In this document: positions 8,393-17,766 of the stretch, piece by piece
Layout of the letters: each line of letters starts with the position of its first letter
How positions within the stretch are numbered: the stretch's first letter is position 1
Assembly (NCBI GenBank): GCA_020430425.1
Contig: JAGQJW010000001.1
Coordinates: 1 to 38,749, forward strand
Length of the DNA stretch: 38,749 nucleotides
DNA from: Nanobdellota archaeon
Lineage (GTDB): Archaea > Nanobdellota > Nanobdellia > Woesearchaeales > SKGA01
Direction: 5' to 3'
Made by a program: the position numbers and the translations under genes
Notes under the pieces: model-generated
What the model was told of the DNA's origin: nothing
Databases searched by the model: none
What the model saw: only the letters and a program-made list of their open reading frames with translations

Positions 8393-8715
8393 TGGTTGAA
8401 TTTGATCCGATAACTGGTCTTCCAAAGGAGTTGTCCGCATGGGACAACATTGCTATGGAGAACCAGAAGATAACGGTCAATATCATCAGAAAAAAATTCG
8501 GCAAGCAGTATACGGTTGTCGAAGGTCTCAACGCAAGCGAGGTCGATATCAAGGATATTGCAAAGAAGCTCAAGAACAAGTTCGCTTGTGGAGGGACAGC
8601 AAAGAAAGACGTGGTTGAACTGCAAGGCAATCACTTGGCAACCATCAAAGATGCGCTTGTCGAGATCGGCTTTGATCCAGCAACCATCGAGGTATCAAAA
8701 AAATTTGGACGATAA
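8392..8715 (+). CDS. sui1: Translation initiation factor aSUI1 (eIF1 family)
   Basis: QKITVNIIRKKFGKQYTVVEGL...KKLKNKFACGGTAKKDVVELQGNH. The ATG shares its A with the rpl29 stop. Confidence 0.85.
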   Translation: MVEFDPITGLPKELSAWDNIAMENQKITVNIIRKKFGKQYTVVEGLNASEVDIKDIAKKLKNKFACGGTAKKDVVELQGNHLATIKDALVEIGFDPATIEVSKKFGR

Positions 8716-8935
8716 ACACATATTCATTGGCAAACACGCGCTGGTGACAAAGGCAACAAACAGTTCCTTACAGGGATTGTCAGGAGTCATTGTTGACGAG
8801 ACGAAAAACACTTTTGTGTTCGATATCAACGGCACAAAAAAGACGGTGTTGAAATCTGGCGTGGTCCTATCGATTGATGGGAGTGAATATGTATCAGCAT
8901 CAAAACGTATCGAAGAAAGAATAAAATCACGGTGA
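8705..8935 (+). CDS. rnp1: RNase P protein component 1 (Rpp29/Pop4), short form; start uncertain (TTG 8705 or ATG 8651)
   Basis: Core [33 protein letters not shown]...KKTVLKSG matches the Rpp29 barrel (G.V.V..S...G..G.VVDET.NT). Conserved position between SUI1 and rps17. The 5' part of tracker ORF 8516-8935 overlaps SUI1 out of frame and is probably not coding. Confidence 0.6.
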   Translation: MDDKHIFIGKHALVTKATNSSLQGLSGVIVDETKNTFVFDINGTKKTVLKSGVVLSIDGSEYVSASKRIEERIKSR

Positions 8936-8939
8936 AATT

Positions 8940-9212
8940 ATGGAAAACCTAAGCGTTCGAGGAAAAACCTTTGTCGGAAAGGTAGTCAGTGCAAAGATGC
9001 ACAAGACTGTTGTAGTAGAGTGGGAACGACGAACTCTCATTCCAAAATTTGAGAGATATGAAAAACGACGATCAAAGGTTTCAGCACACAATCCTGAAGA
9101 AATTAATGCTCAAGAAGGGGATATCGTCAAGATTCAAGAGACAAGACCTCTTTCAAAGACAAAAAACTTCGCTGTTGTTGAGATAATGACAAAAGCAGGA
9201 GAACAAAAATGA
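8940..9212 (+). CDS. rps17: 30S ribosomal protein S17 (uS17)
   Basis: [40 protein letters not shown]...[18 protein letters not shown]. Confidence 0.9.
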   Translation: MENLSVRGKTFVGKVVSAKMHKTVVVEWERRTLIPKFERYEKRRSKVSAHNPEEINAQEGDIVKIQETRPLSKTKNFAVVEIMTKAGEQK

Positions 9213-9610
9213 AGGCAATAAAAGCAAACGTCACTAATGGCCTCCAAGTAGGCTCTCAGATTGATACTTGTGATAACTCCGGAGCTAAGATCCTAAAGAT
9301 CACTGGTGTTAAGCGTAAGAAGACAGTCAAAGGGCGAGTTCCTGGTGCAGGCGTCGGTGATATGATTGTTGCCTCCGTTAAGAAAGGACGACCAGATATG
9401 AGAAAGACTGTAGTATATGCAGTTATCGTTCGTCAGAGAAAAGAATACAAAAGACCAGATGGAACAAGAGTCTCTTTTGAGGACAACGCAGCTGTTGTAC
9501 TCAAAGACGAGAAGGGAAATCCTAAAGGAACCATCTTCAAAGGTCCTATCGCAAAGGAATCTGCAAGCAGATACCCTGCTGTCGCAAAAGTTGCGAACAT
9601 GATAATTTAA
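9209..9610 (+). CDS. rpl14: 50S ribosomal protein L14 (uL14)
   Basis: [14 protein letters not shown]...[19 protein letters not shown]...[12 protein letters not shown]. Confidence 0.95.
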   Translation: MKAIKANVTNGLQVGSQIDTCDNSGAKILKITGVKRKKTVKGRVPGAGVGDMIVASVKKGRPDMRKTVVYAVIVRQRKEYKRPDGTRVSFEDNAAVVLKDEKGNPKGTIFKGPIAKESASRYPAVAKVANMII

Positions 9611-9620
9611 GGAGAGAAAA

Positions 9621-10022
9621 ATGAAATCAATATTTTCCATTCAGTGGCTTAGTAGCATTCAACCACGAAAGCAGCGAAAATTTCGTGCTAATGCACCGCT
9701 ACACATCAAAGGATCATTTTTGAGTGCAAAACTCTCAAAAGAGCTTCAGGAAAAACAGAAGACTCGGTCCGTTCGAGTGAGAACTGGTGATAAAGTTAAA
9801 GTCCTTCGAGGACAGTTCAAAGGCAAGACTGGAACTGTTGATCGAGTGGATATCAACAAGGAACGAATTTATGTTTCTGGTGTTGAGACTGTTAAGAAGG
9901 AAGGTGGAAAGGTTCCATATCCTCTTCACGCATCAAACGTGATGATCACTTCCCTTGCTCAGGACAAAAGACGATTCAAGAAGAGCGCAGCCGCTTCCTC
10001 AAAACCACGAGGTGACGCATAA
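9621..10022 (+). CDS. rpl24: 50S ribosomal protein L24 (uL24)
   Basis: KOW motif VRTGDKVKVLRGQFKGKTGTVDRVD. SD GGAG upstream. Confidence 0.9.
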   Translation: MKSIFSIQWLSSIQPRKQRKFRANAPLHIKGSFLSAKLSKELQEKQKTRSVRVRTGDKVKVLRGQFKGKTGTVDRVDINKERIYVSGVETVKKEGGKVPYPLHASNVMITSLAQDKRRFKKSAAASSKPRGDA

Positions 10023-10717
10023 TGACAAAATCACATTTGAAAAGATTGGCAAGCCCAAGAACTTGGCCTATTGAGAAAAAGGCACTGACCTACGTAAGTC
10101 GTCCTCATCCAGGACCTCACCCAATGGATCATCAGATTCCTATCACCGTATTCCTTCGAGATATGGTAAAAGTGCTTAAGACTGCAAAGGAAGTCAAGTA
10201 TGTGCTTCACAACAGAGATTGCCTTGTAGATGGTACTGTTTGTCATGATGATAAACGACCGGTAGGTCTCTTTGATGTGATCACTCTTCCTAAGCTCAAC
10301 AAGAGCTTTAGGATTCTTATCAACAAGAAGAACAAGCTCTACGGAAAAGAAGTCTCTGAAAAAGAAGCTTCTATCAAGGTCTCAAAGCTTGTTGGAAAAA
10401 CCACCCTTAAGAAAGGAATCATTCAATTGAATACTCTTGATGGAAGAAATGTACGAAGCGAAAAGGATTATCCTATGGATAGTTCTTTGGTGCTCTCTCT
10501 TCCTGATCAGAAAGTGACTGACGTATTGGCTCTTGATAAAGGAGCATCAATTCTTCTTATTGGAGGAAGCCACGTCGGTGTAGTCGGTACTATTGAAGCT
10601 GTTGACGGCGAGAATATCGTTGTTCGATCAAAAGATAAAGTACTCAAGACTATGAAGCGATTCGCTGTTGTTGTCGGTAAAGACAAGCCAGTTATTGAGG
10701 TCGAGGTGTCCAAATGA
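10022..10717 (+). CDS. rps4e: 30S ribosomal protein S4e (eS4)
   Basis: HLKRLASPRTWPIEKK..., and a KOW-like GGSHVGVVGTIEAV. Confidence 0.9.
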   Translation: MTKSHLKRLASPRTWPIEKKALTYVSRPHPGPHPMDHQIPITVFLRDMVKVLKTAKEVKYVLHNRDCLVDGTVCHDDKRPVGLFDVITLPKLNKSFRILINKKNKLYGKEVSEKEASIKVSKLVGKTTLKKGIIQLNTLDGRNVRSEKDYPMDSSLVLSLPDQKVTDVLALDKGASILLIGGSHVGVVGTIEAVDGENIVVRSKDKVLKTMKRFAVVVGKDKPVIEVEVSK

Positions 10718-11223
10718 ACTCCATGAAAGATATCAAGATCGAAAAACTGACTCTCAATATCGGAGCTGGTAGAGATGAACAGGTGCTCAAGAAGGCAATA
10801 AAGCTTCTTAAGAACATCACTGGAGTCGATCCGGTCCAGACCATCACCAACAAGAGGTTGGCTGCATGGGGTCTTCGACCAGGACTTCCTATCGGTGCAA
10901 AGATCACCTTGCGAGGAGAGCAGGTAAAAGAGCTTACCCGACGATTGCTTATCGCTAAAGAGAACAAGATCAAAACATCATGGTTTGATAACTATGGAAA
11001 TGTTTCCTTTGGAATCCACGAGTATGTGGATATTCCAGAAGTGAAGTACGACACCGAGATCGGAATTCTAGGTCTTCAAGTATCTCTTACTTTGACCCGA
11101 CCAGGATTTCGAGTCAAGAAGAGAAAGCTTCACAAATCAAAGATCGGAAAACACCACCTCATCACAAGAGAGGATGCAATGAACTTCATGGCAGAGACGT
11201 TCAAGGTGTCCGCGGAGGAATAA
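10714..11223 (+). CDS. rpl5: 50S ribosomal protein L5 (uL5)
   Basis: IEKLTLNIGAG...AAWGLRPGLPIGAKITLRGE...GNVSFGIHEYVDIP. Confidence 0.9.
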   Translation: MNSMKDIKIEKLTLNIGAGRDEQVLKKAIKLLKNITGVDPVQTITNKRLAAWGLRPGLPIGAKITLRGEQVKELTRRLLIAKENKIKTSWFDNYGNVSFGIHEYVDIPEVKYDTEIGILGLQVSLTLTRPGFRVKKRKLHKSKIGKHHLITREDAMNFMAETFKVSAEE

Positions 11224-11224
11224 A

Positions 11225-11455
11225 ATGACACAATCATCACATGAAAAAGTTTTGGTACAGATCGGTAAGAAACCTGGCAAATATCAAAAATACCTCAAGC
11301 ACAACACCCCTCGTCAGAGAAAATTCGGGAAATCCGTGAGAAAATGTGTTGTTTCTGGTGGTACTCGAGGCGTCATCCACAAGTATGGACTGCAGATTTG
11401 CAGAAAATCATTCAGGGAATGCGCTCTTGATTTAGGATTCAAAAAATACAACTAG
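11225..11455 (+). CDS. rps14: 30S ribosomal protein S14 (uS14), apparently zinc-less
   Basis: RKFGKSVRKCVVSGGTRGVIHKYGLQICRKSFRECALDLGFKKYN. Sits between rpl5 and rps8. Confidence 0.85.
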   Translation: MTQSSHEKVLVQIGKKPGKYQKYLKHNTPRQRKFGKSVRKCVVSGGTRGVIHKYGLQICRKSFRECALDLGFKKYN

Positions 11456-11465
11456 AGGATAAAAA

Positions 11466-11858
11466 ATGTCATTAAACGATACACTAGCAGGCGTCTTGTC
11501 ACAGATCGATAATGCAAACAAGGTAGGTAAGACAAGCATTACTACACAGTGGAGCTCAAAGCTTATCAAGCAGGTCCTTGCGATCATGAAAGATGCTGGT
11601 TACATTGGAGAAGTTACAGAGACTGAGGATCAGAAGGGAAACTATCTCGCGATTCAGCTCTTAGGAATGCTCAATAAGTGCGGTGTGATCAAGCCACGAT
11701 TCGCTATCAAATATGCTGACTTTGAGAAGTTTGAGAAACGGTTCCTTCCTGCAAAGGGTTTTGGATTCCTTATTGTCTCAACCAATGAAGGTCTGATGAC
11801 TCATACTCAAGCAAAAGAGAAAAAGATTGGAGGAAAACTCATTAGCTACTGCTATTAG
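11466..11858 (+). CDS. rps8: 30S ribosomal protein S8 (uS8)
   Basis: LNDTLAGVLSQIDNA...STNEGLMTHTQAKEKKIGGKLISYCY. Confidence 0.9.
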   Translation: MSLNDTLAGVLSQIDNANKVGKTSITTQWSSKLIKQVLAIMKDAGYIGEVTETEDQKGNYLAIQLLGMLNKCGVIKPRFAIKYADFEKFEKRFLPAKGFGFLIVSTNEGLMTHTQAKEKKIGGKLISYCY

Positions 11859-11870
11859 AGTGCATGAAAA

Positions 11871-12416
11871 ATGACCGACAATTCATACAAAGAAACGATT
11901 CCTTTACCAGAAGGCGTATCTGCATCTTTTGATGAGAGTATAGTGACTGTAAAAGGAGCCAAAGGAGAAGTGTCACGAAGTTTCCTTCATCCAAAGATCG
12001 ATGTTAAGGTAACTGCTGATGCTGTTGAGTTCTCAGTGAAAAGATATTCGAAGGCTGAGAAAAAGATGCTCAATACCTTTATTGCACATCTCAGTAATAT
12101 GTTCAAGGGTTCCATGGAAGGTCATGAGTATAAGCTCAAGATCTGTTCAGGACATTTCCCGATGAATGTTTCCTTGAAAGGAAACGAGCTTGAAGTGAAG
12201 AACTTTATTGGAGAGGCTGTTCCTCGAAAGATTGCCTTCAAGGAAGGTGTTGAGGTAAAGATGGATGGAGACATCATCACCGTAAAGGGCCTTGACAAGG
12301 AACTGACTGGCCAGACTGCAGCTTCTATCGAGAAGCTTACCCGACGAAACGGCTTTGATAGACGGATCTTCCAGGATGGCATTTACATTATCGAAAAGGA
12401 CGGTAAGACCGTTTAA
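11871..12416 (+). CDS. rpl6: 50S ribosomal protein L6 (uL6)
   Basis: IPLPEGVSASFDESIVTVKGAKGEVSRSF...GHEYKLKICSGHFPMNV. Confidence 0.9.
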   Translation: MTDNSYKETIPLPEGVSASFDESIVTVKGAKGEVSRSFLHPKIDVKVTADAVEFSVKRYSKAEKKMLNTFIAHLSNMFKGSMEGHEYKLKICSGHFPMNVSLKGNELEVKNFIGEAVPRKIAFKEGVEVKMDGDIITVKGLDKELTGQTAASIEKLTRRNGFDRRIFQDGIYIIEKDGKTV

Positions 12417-12418
12417 GC

Positions 12419-13033
12419 ATGGTGACGAGTATGAAAACAATTGTAGAAATCAGAAATAAGCTCAAGGCAAGAAAGCCTACCTTCACAAGACATGATGCTC
12501 ATAAGAAGACGAGAGTCGGTTCTGGTTGGAGACGACCAAAAGGACGACAGAACAAGATGAGACTTCACCGGAGAGGCTACGCAAGAGACCGATCCTCTGG
12601 TTTTGGTTCACCTGTTTTGGCTCGAGGGCTTTCTCATGAGGGTCTTTCACAGATTATAGTTACGAGAGTATCAGATTTTACTGGTCTTGATGCAAAGAAT
12701 GATGGAATCATTATCTCAAGAACCACGGGAAATCGAAGAAGAGCAGAGCTTGTTGATTATGCAACAAAGAACGGCTTTACTCTCTTGAACATTGACGCAG
12801 AATCTTTCAAGACTTCTCTTGATCAGGCTCTTGGTCAAAAAGCTGCAAAGAAAAAAGAACTCACCAAGAAGCGTGAGGAGAAATCAGCTGCAGCTAAGAA
12901 GGCTCAAGAAAAGGAAAAGAAGTCTGAAGAAAAGGCTGAGAAAAAAGATGCACCAGCCAATGATCTCTCAGAAGAAGAGAAAAAGCTCCAGGAGAAAAAG
13001 GAGCATGATAAATTACTCATAAAAGAAAATTAA
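12419..13033 (+). CDS. rpl32e: 50S ribosomal protein L32e (eL32) with a ~70-aa Lys/Glu-rich tail
   Basis: KPTFTRHDAHKKTRVGSGWRRPKGRQNKMRLHRRG. Confidence 0.85.
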   Translation: MVTSMKTIVEIRNKLKARKPTFTRHDAHKKTRVGSGWRRPKGRQNKMRLHRRGYARDRSSGFGSPVLARGLSHEGLSQIIVTRVSDFTGLDAKNDGIIISRTTGNRRRAELVDYATKNGFTLLNIDAESFKTSLDQALGQKAAKKKELTKKREEKSAAAKKAQEKEKKSEEKAEKKDAPANDLSEEEKKLQEKKEHDKLLIKEN

Positions 13034-13042
13034 GGTGACGAA

Positions 13043-13501
13043 ATGAAATTAGCAGTCCAAAAAAGGTTAGCCGCAGATTTGCTTAAGTGCTCACCTAAAC
13101 GAGTCAGACTCTCTCCTGATAGACTATCCGAGATGAAAGAAGCTATTACTAAAGCTGATGTTCGTGGATTGATCAACGATGGCCTCATTATCAAGATGCC
13201 AGAGAAAGGAGTTTCCAGAGCTCGAGCAAAGCATCGAGCAGATCAACGACGGAAAGGTCTTCAAAGAGGACCTGGTAAGAGAAAAGGAAAGATCACCGCT
13301 ATCATTCCTCGAAAGACCTCTTGGATTGCGAAGATCAGAACGCAAAGGGCTTTCCTTTCCCTCCTTCGAGAGAAAGAGCTCGTTGATGATGCTGGTTACA
13401 AGAATCTTTACCGAAAGGCAAAGGGAGGATTCTTCCGTAATAAGCGTCACATCAAGATTTACATGCAAGAACACAACTTGGTACTGAAAAAGGAGAATTA
13501 A
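13043..13501 (+). CDS. rpl19e: 50S ribosomal protein L19e (eL19)
   Basis: LAVQKRLAADLLKCSPKRVRLSPD...GVSRARAKHRADQRRKG. Confidence 0.9.
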   Translation: MKLAVQKRLAADLLKCSPKRVRLSPDRLSEMKEAITKADVRGLINDGLIIKMPEKGVSRARAKHRADQRRKGLQRGPGKRKGKITAIIPRKTSWIAKIRTQRAFLSLLREKELVDDAGYKNLYRKAKGGFFRNKRHIKIYMQEHNLVLKKEN

Positions 13502-13502
13502 A

Positions 13503-14018
13503 ATGGCAGAGAACGCGATCTACACGGTGAAATACCGACGAAAAAGAGAAGGTAAGACTCATTATAAGAAGAGACTTGAATACCTCAAGAGCGGAAAAGA
13601 AAGACTTGTCATTCGAAGAAGCAATACGCAGATTACTCTTCAAATCATCAAGTACCAAGAGGATGGTGACAAAGTTATTGCAACATTCCCTTCAAAGAAT
13701 CTCGAGAAGCTTGGCTGGAAATTCTCCAAGAAATCTCTTCCTGCTGCTTATCTAGCAGGTCTTCAGTTAGGAAAGCTTGCTGGCGCAAAAGGCGTAAAAT
13801 CAGCGATTCTTGATTTGGGTCTTCAGACTCCGATGTCAGGTTCAAAGCTATACGCTGCACTCAAAGGAGTGGTTGATGCCGGTATCACAATTCCTGCTTC
13901 AGAAGAGATCTTCCCTAGTGATGAACGATTATCTGGAAGTCACATCCCTGATGCTGACAAGAAAAAGATTGTTGAGACCTTCAATCAAGTTAAATCAAAG
14001 ATCAATGGTGAAAAATAA
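13503..14018 (+). CDS. rpl18: 50S ribosomal protein L18 (uL18)
   Basis: YRRKREGKTHYKKRLEYLKSGKERLVIRRSNTQITLQII. Confidence 0.9.
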   Translation: MAENAIYTVKYRRKREGKTHYKKRLEYLKSGKERLVIRRSNTQITLQIIKYQEDGDKVIATFPSKNLEKLGWKFSKKSLPAAYLAGLQLGKLAGAKGVKSAILDLGLQTPMSGSKLYAALKGVVDAGITIPASEEIFPSDERLSGSHIPDADKKKIVETFNQVKSKINGEK

Positions 14019-14749
14019 TGGCTGATAATCAAAATCAACAACAAAATGATCTGGACAACTGGAAGCCAAAGACAGAGATTGGTAGGAAAGTGAAGTCTGG
14101 TGAGATCAAGAATATTGATGAGATTCTCGGTTCGGGTAAAAAGATTCTTGAGCCAGAAATTGTCGATACGCTCCTAAAGACTGAATCAGAATTATTGCTT
14201 GTTGGTCAGGCAAAGGGTAAGTTTGGTGGAGGACAGAGAAGAGTCTTCCGTCAGACCCAGAAGAAGACCCGAGAGGGAAACAAACCAAAGTTCGCGACCA
14301 TGGCAGTAGTTGGTGATCGAAATGGTCACGTTGGTATCGGTTTTGGTAAATCCAAAGAAACCGTTCCTGCTAGAGAGAAGGCTTTCGCTCAGGCGAAGAC
14401 GAACATGATGATGATTCGACGAGGATCTGGTTCATGGGAAGATGATAGTAATCATCCTCATTCCATCCCTTTTGCTGTAGAAGGAAAATGTGGTTCATAC
14501 ACTCTTAAGCTGATGCCCGCACCGAATGGTAAAGGTCTTATCTGCGATAAAGAGGTTGCAAAGGTGCTCGCTCTTGCTGGTGTCAAGAATGTCTGGTCAA
14601 AAAGCTTTGGTCAGACAAAGAACAAGATTAATGTCTTGAAAGCAACTGTGAGTGCGCTAAGAAAGCTCTCTCAGGTGAGTGTGCAGCAAAAACACAGAGA
14701 TACTTTGGCAATCGCTGAAGGAAGTGTAGAGGTGAAGGCTCATGAGTAA
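14018..14749 (+). CDS. rps5: 30S ribosomal protein S5 (uS5)
   Basis: QRRVFRQTQKKTREGNKPKFATMAVVGDRNGHVGIGFGKSKE. Confidence 0.9.
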   Translation: MADNQNQQQNDLDNWKPKTEIGRKVKSGEIKNIDEILGSGKKILEPEIVDTLLKTESELLLVGQAKGKFGGGQRRVFRQTQKKTREGNKPKFATMAVVGDRNGHVGIGFGKSKETVPAREKAFAQAKTNMMMIRRGSGSWEDDSNHPHSIPFAVEGKCGSYTLKLMPAPNGKGLICDKEVAKVLALAGVKNVWSKSFGQTKNKINVLKATVSALRKLSQVSVQQKHRDTLAIAEGSVEVKAHE

Positions 14750-15095
14750 GATAGCAATTGTTCTCATCCGAGGTCTTGTTGGTGTCCGTCACGATATCAA
14801 GGAGACATTGATTCAGCTTCATCTTGAAAAAAAGCATGCTTGTGTGGTTAAAGAGGATTCTCCAAGCCTTCAAGGTATGCTTCAAAAGATTAGAGATTTC
14901 ACGACGTTTGGACCTGTTTCTGAAGAGACCGTTAAGGCTCTAGAGAAAAGAAAGGCAAAGAATGGAAAAGTCTACTTCCTTGCACCTCCTGTAGGTGGTT
15001 TTGAGCGTAAAGGAATCAAGCAATCATTCACCGTTGGTGGTGCTCTTGGAAACAGGGGAGAGAAAATCAACGATTTGCTTGCAAAAATGATATAG
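14742..15095 (+). CDS. rpl30: 50S ribosomal protein L30 (uL30)
   Basis: IAIVLIRGLVGVRHDIKETLIQLHL. Operon position. Confidence 0.85.
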   Translation: MSKIAIVLIRGLVGVRHDIKETLIQLHLEKKHACVVKEDSPSLQGMLQKIRDFTTFGPVSEETVKALEKRKAKNGKVYFLAPPVGGFERKGIKQSFTVGGALGNRGEKINDLLAKMI

Positions 15096-15104
15096 GTGAA
15101 AATT

Positions 15105-15557
15105 ATGGTTACTAATCACAGAAAAAAGAACAGTCGTCACCGAGGATCTTGGACTCACAGTCATGGTGAGAAGAAAAAGCACCGTGGAGCTGGAAGTCGA
15201 GGAGGTCGAGGTAATGCTGGTTCAGGAAAACGAGGAGATGCAAAGAAGCCTCGGTACTGGGATGACAAGAAGTTCCACAAAGGAAAGCTTGGTTTCCACA
15301 ACCCGACAAGCAACCCTCAGAATGCGATCACTCTTTCACAGCTAAGCTCATCAATTGAGAAATTTGTGGCACAAGGACTTGCACAAAAGGATGCAAACAC
15401 CTTCAAGATCAATTGTTCAGATATCAAAGTGGACAAGCTTCTTGGAACGGGTACTGCTGCCTTCGCTTTTGAAGTAGTTGTCAAGTCTGCAAGTCAAAAA
15501 GCAATCGAGAAGATTGAAGCTGCTGGTGGGAAGGTTCTTATTCAGGCTGAGTCCTGA
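15105..15557 (+). CDS. rpl15: 50S ribosomal protein L15 (uL15)
   Basis: RHRGSWTHSHGEKKKHRGAGSRGGRGNAGSGKRG. ATG 15105 is preferred because GTG 15096 lies inside the SD AGGTGA (15094-15099). Confidence 0.9.
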   Translation: MVTNHRKKNSRHRGSWTHSHGEKKKHRGAGSRGGRGNAGSGKRGDAKKPRYWDDKKFHKGKLGFHNPTSNPQNAITLSQLSSSIEKFVAQGLAQKDANTFKINCSDIKVDKLLGTGTAAFAFEVVVKSASQKAIEKIEAAGGKVLIQAES

Positions 15558-15602
15558 AAAAAGGGCAAAGAGTTATAAAGCTCTTGTGTGAGGCAGTAGA
15601 TA

Positions 15603-16949
15603 ATGGCAGGTTTCGATACAGTTCTTCAATACATCCCAGAGGTTGCGGGTCCAACTCAGAAGCACCTTTCTTTCAAGGAGAAGTTGAAGTGGACGGGACT
15701 TGTCTTAGTTTTATTTTTCATATTGGGTGCAGTTCCTCTTGTTGGTTTAGGAGAGAACGCTCTTTCCCGTTTTGAGTTTCTTTCTGTAGTTCTAGGAGCG
15801 AGTTTTGGTTCCATTATATCTTTAGGTATCGGTCCGATTGTTACTGCTTCTATTGTTCTTCAGTTGCTTAATGGTTCAGGACTTCTTAATTTTGATCTCA
15901 AAAGCGCTGCGGGCAAAGCTGCATTTCAAGGAACTCAGAAGCTTCTTACTTACTTTTTCATCATTTTGGAAGCTGCAGTTTATGTCCTGATGGGAGGATT
16001 GGCTCCGGCTGCTGGTGTTCCTGCTATTGCTTTGATTATCCAGCTCTGTATTGGAGGTCTGATTATCATCTTCCTGGATGAGATTGTGTCCAAATGGGGT
16101 TTTGGAAGTGGTATTTCCTTGTTCATCGCTGCAGGTGTGTCCCAGCGAATATTTACGCAGATTTTCAGTCCTCTTCACCGTCAGGTTGCCACAGGAGTCT
16201 TTGAGGATTCCTTTGTAGGAGCTATTCCTGAACTGTTCAGGACACTCTCAGCTGGAGACTCAACTGCTGCAGGTCTTGTCCTGCTACCGCTTATTGCAAC
16301 GCTGATTATCTTTGCCATTGTAGTCTTTGCACAGGCAATGAAAGTAGAGATTCCTCTCTCTTTTGGAAGGATTCGAGGACATGGTGTTCGATGGCCATTG
16401 AACTTTATCTACACGAATGTTCTCCCTGTTATCCTCGTTTCAGCTCTCTTGGCAAACCTCCAGCTATTAGGAACTTTGTTCAGTAGCAATAAGTTCTTTT
16501 CATCACTCTCTTTATTCCTGTCAAACCAGAATCTACTGCAGAATATTCTGATTGGAAACGCAAGTTTTGGTCTGATTATGGGAACGATTGGTTACCTTCT
16601 GTTCTACATCTTTGCAACAACCCTATTTAGTTGGTTTTGGATGCAGACTGCAAGACTTGACCCTCGAAGTCAGGCTGAACAGATGATGGCATCTGGCCTT
16701 CAGATTCCTGGCTTTAGAAAAGATATTAGAGTCCTAGAACGTCTTCTTAAGAGATACATCTACCCCCTGACAATTATGGGTGGTATGTTCATCGGTTTCC
16801 TTGCAGGATTTGCGAACCTGACAGGAGCTTTTGGAAGCGGAACTGGACTTCTCTTAACTGTCATGATTATCTATAAACTCTATGAGGATATCGCAAAACA
16901 GCACCTTGAAGATATGAACCCTATGCTTCGAAAGATGGTGGGTAAATAA
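15603..16949 (+). CDS. secY: Preprotein translocase subunit SecY
   Basis: 10-TM protein with KLKWTGLVLVLFFILG, GIGPIVTASIVLQLL and GSGISLFIAAGV. Conserved position after rpl15. TATA-like TTATAAA at 15574-15580. Confidence 0.95.
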   Translation: MAGFDTVLQYIPEVAGPTQKHLSFKEKLKWTGLVLVLFFILGAVPLVGLGENALSRFEFLSVVLGASFGSIISLGIGPIVTASIVLQLLNGSGLLNFDLKSAAGKAAFQGTQKLLTYFFIILEAAVYVLMGGLAPAAGVPAIALIIQLCIGGLIIIFLDEIVSKWGFGSGISLFIAAGVSQRIFTQIFSPLHRQVATGVFEDSFVGAIPELFRTLSAGDSTAAGLVLLPLIATLIIFAIVVFAQAMKVEIPLSFGRIRGHGVRWPLNFIYTNVLPVILVSALLANLQLLGTLFSSNKFFSSLSLFLSNQNLLQNILIGNASFGLIMGTIGYLLFYIFATTLFSWFWMQTARLDPRSQAEQMMASGLQIPGFRKDIRVLERLLKRYIYPLTIMGGMFIGFLAGFANLTGAFGSGTGLLLTVMIIYKLYEDIAKQHLEDMNPMLRKMVGK

Positions 16950-16951
16950 AA

Positions 16952-17731
16952 GTGGTGCTCAATCAGATATTAGAACCTCTTCTTCGACCATTGCTTGATA
17001 GTGTTGGTCCATTCTGGACAGTATTCATTGTAAGTATCACTGTCTCCACGCTTACCACGCTGGTCTATAAGTTCACCACTGATCAGCATCATCTTCGTTC
17101 TCTCAAGGCGGATCTCAAAAGGTATCAGAAGAAGCTTTCTGCTCAGAAGAACAATCCTGAAAAAGCTCTTAAGATTCAGAAGGATCTGATGAAGGTCAAT
17201 GGAGAGTATATGAAGCATTCACTCAGATCAAGTCTGTATACCTTCTTACCGATTATTCTCTTCTTTGGTTGGCTTTCAGCAAACTTAGCCTATGCACCTT
17301 TACTTCCAGGAGAGCCATTTACAGTAAATGTATCTTTACCTGCTGGTGTGACGGATGCGGCGACGATTAATCTTCCAGATGGGATTACCACAACAGATAA
17401 TCTGACTCAGAAACCAAACGAGCGAACGGTATCTTGGACGCTTTCAGGTGATGTTGGACATTATGACGCAAGCATTCAGATTGGTGAAGAAGAACAGTTC
17501 TTTTCATTCATCATTTCTGATAAGATATCTTATGTTAATCCGTTGACTACGTTTGATAGTTCAACTTATTTCTCAAGCATCCAGTTAAGTAATCAAAAGC
17601 TCTTGATTTTTGAGAATGTTCCTCTACTTAAGAGTATTCCTTGGATCAGTTCCTTTGGATGGTTTGGAGCTTATTTTCTCTTCTCTATAATATTTTCTAC
17701 AAGCCTTCGTAAAGCATTGAATCTGGCATAA
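16952..17731 (+). CDS. DUF106 / EMC3-TMCO1-like (archaeal YidC/Oxa1-superfamily) membrane insertase with an inserted extracytoplasmic domain; GTG start
   Basis: Architecture is TM1, then a basic coiled coil (LKADLKRYQKKLSAQKNNPEKALKIQKDLMKVNGEYMKHSLRSSLYTFLPIILFFGWL), then TM2 and TM3. It sits after secY, where archaeal DUF106 genes normally lie. Confidence 0.7.
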   Translation: MVLNQILEPLLRPLLDSVGPFWTVFIVSITVSTLTTLVYKFTTDQHHLRSLKADLKRYQKKLSAQKNNPEKALKIQKDLMKVNGEYMKHSLRSSLYTFLPIILFFGWLSANLAYAPLLPGEPFTVNVSLPAGVTDAATINLPDGITTTDNLTQKPNERTVSWTLSGDVGHYDASIQIGEEEQFFSFIISDKISYVNPLTTFDSSTYFSSIQLSNQKLLIFENVPLLKSIPWISSFGWFGAYFLFSIIFSTSLRKALNLA

Positions 17732-17766
17732 GAACACTTATATGTCAGAGACTATTTCTCTGCTAG

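Noticed and set aside
8516-8704. 5' part of tracker ORF 8516-8935, overlapping SUI1 out of frame
   Set aside because: Only the 3' part (from about 8705) matches the Rpp29 barrel. The upstream 60 codons overlap a well-supported SUI1 gene and look like Ser/Arg-rich frame noise.
17748-17752. Isolated GAGAC copies outside the array, for example CAGAGACTATTTC upstream of folA, GAGAC in the rpl3 leader hairpin, and GTCTCAA at 35177-35183
   Set aside because: A pentamer is expected about 75 times on both strands in this window by chance. Single copies carry no weight without a genome-wide enrichment test.
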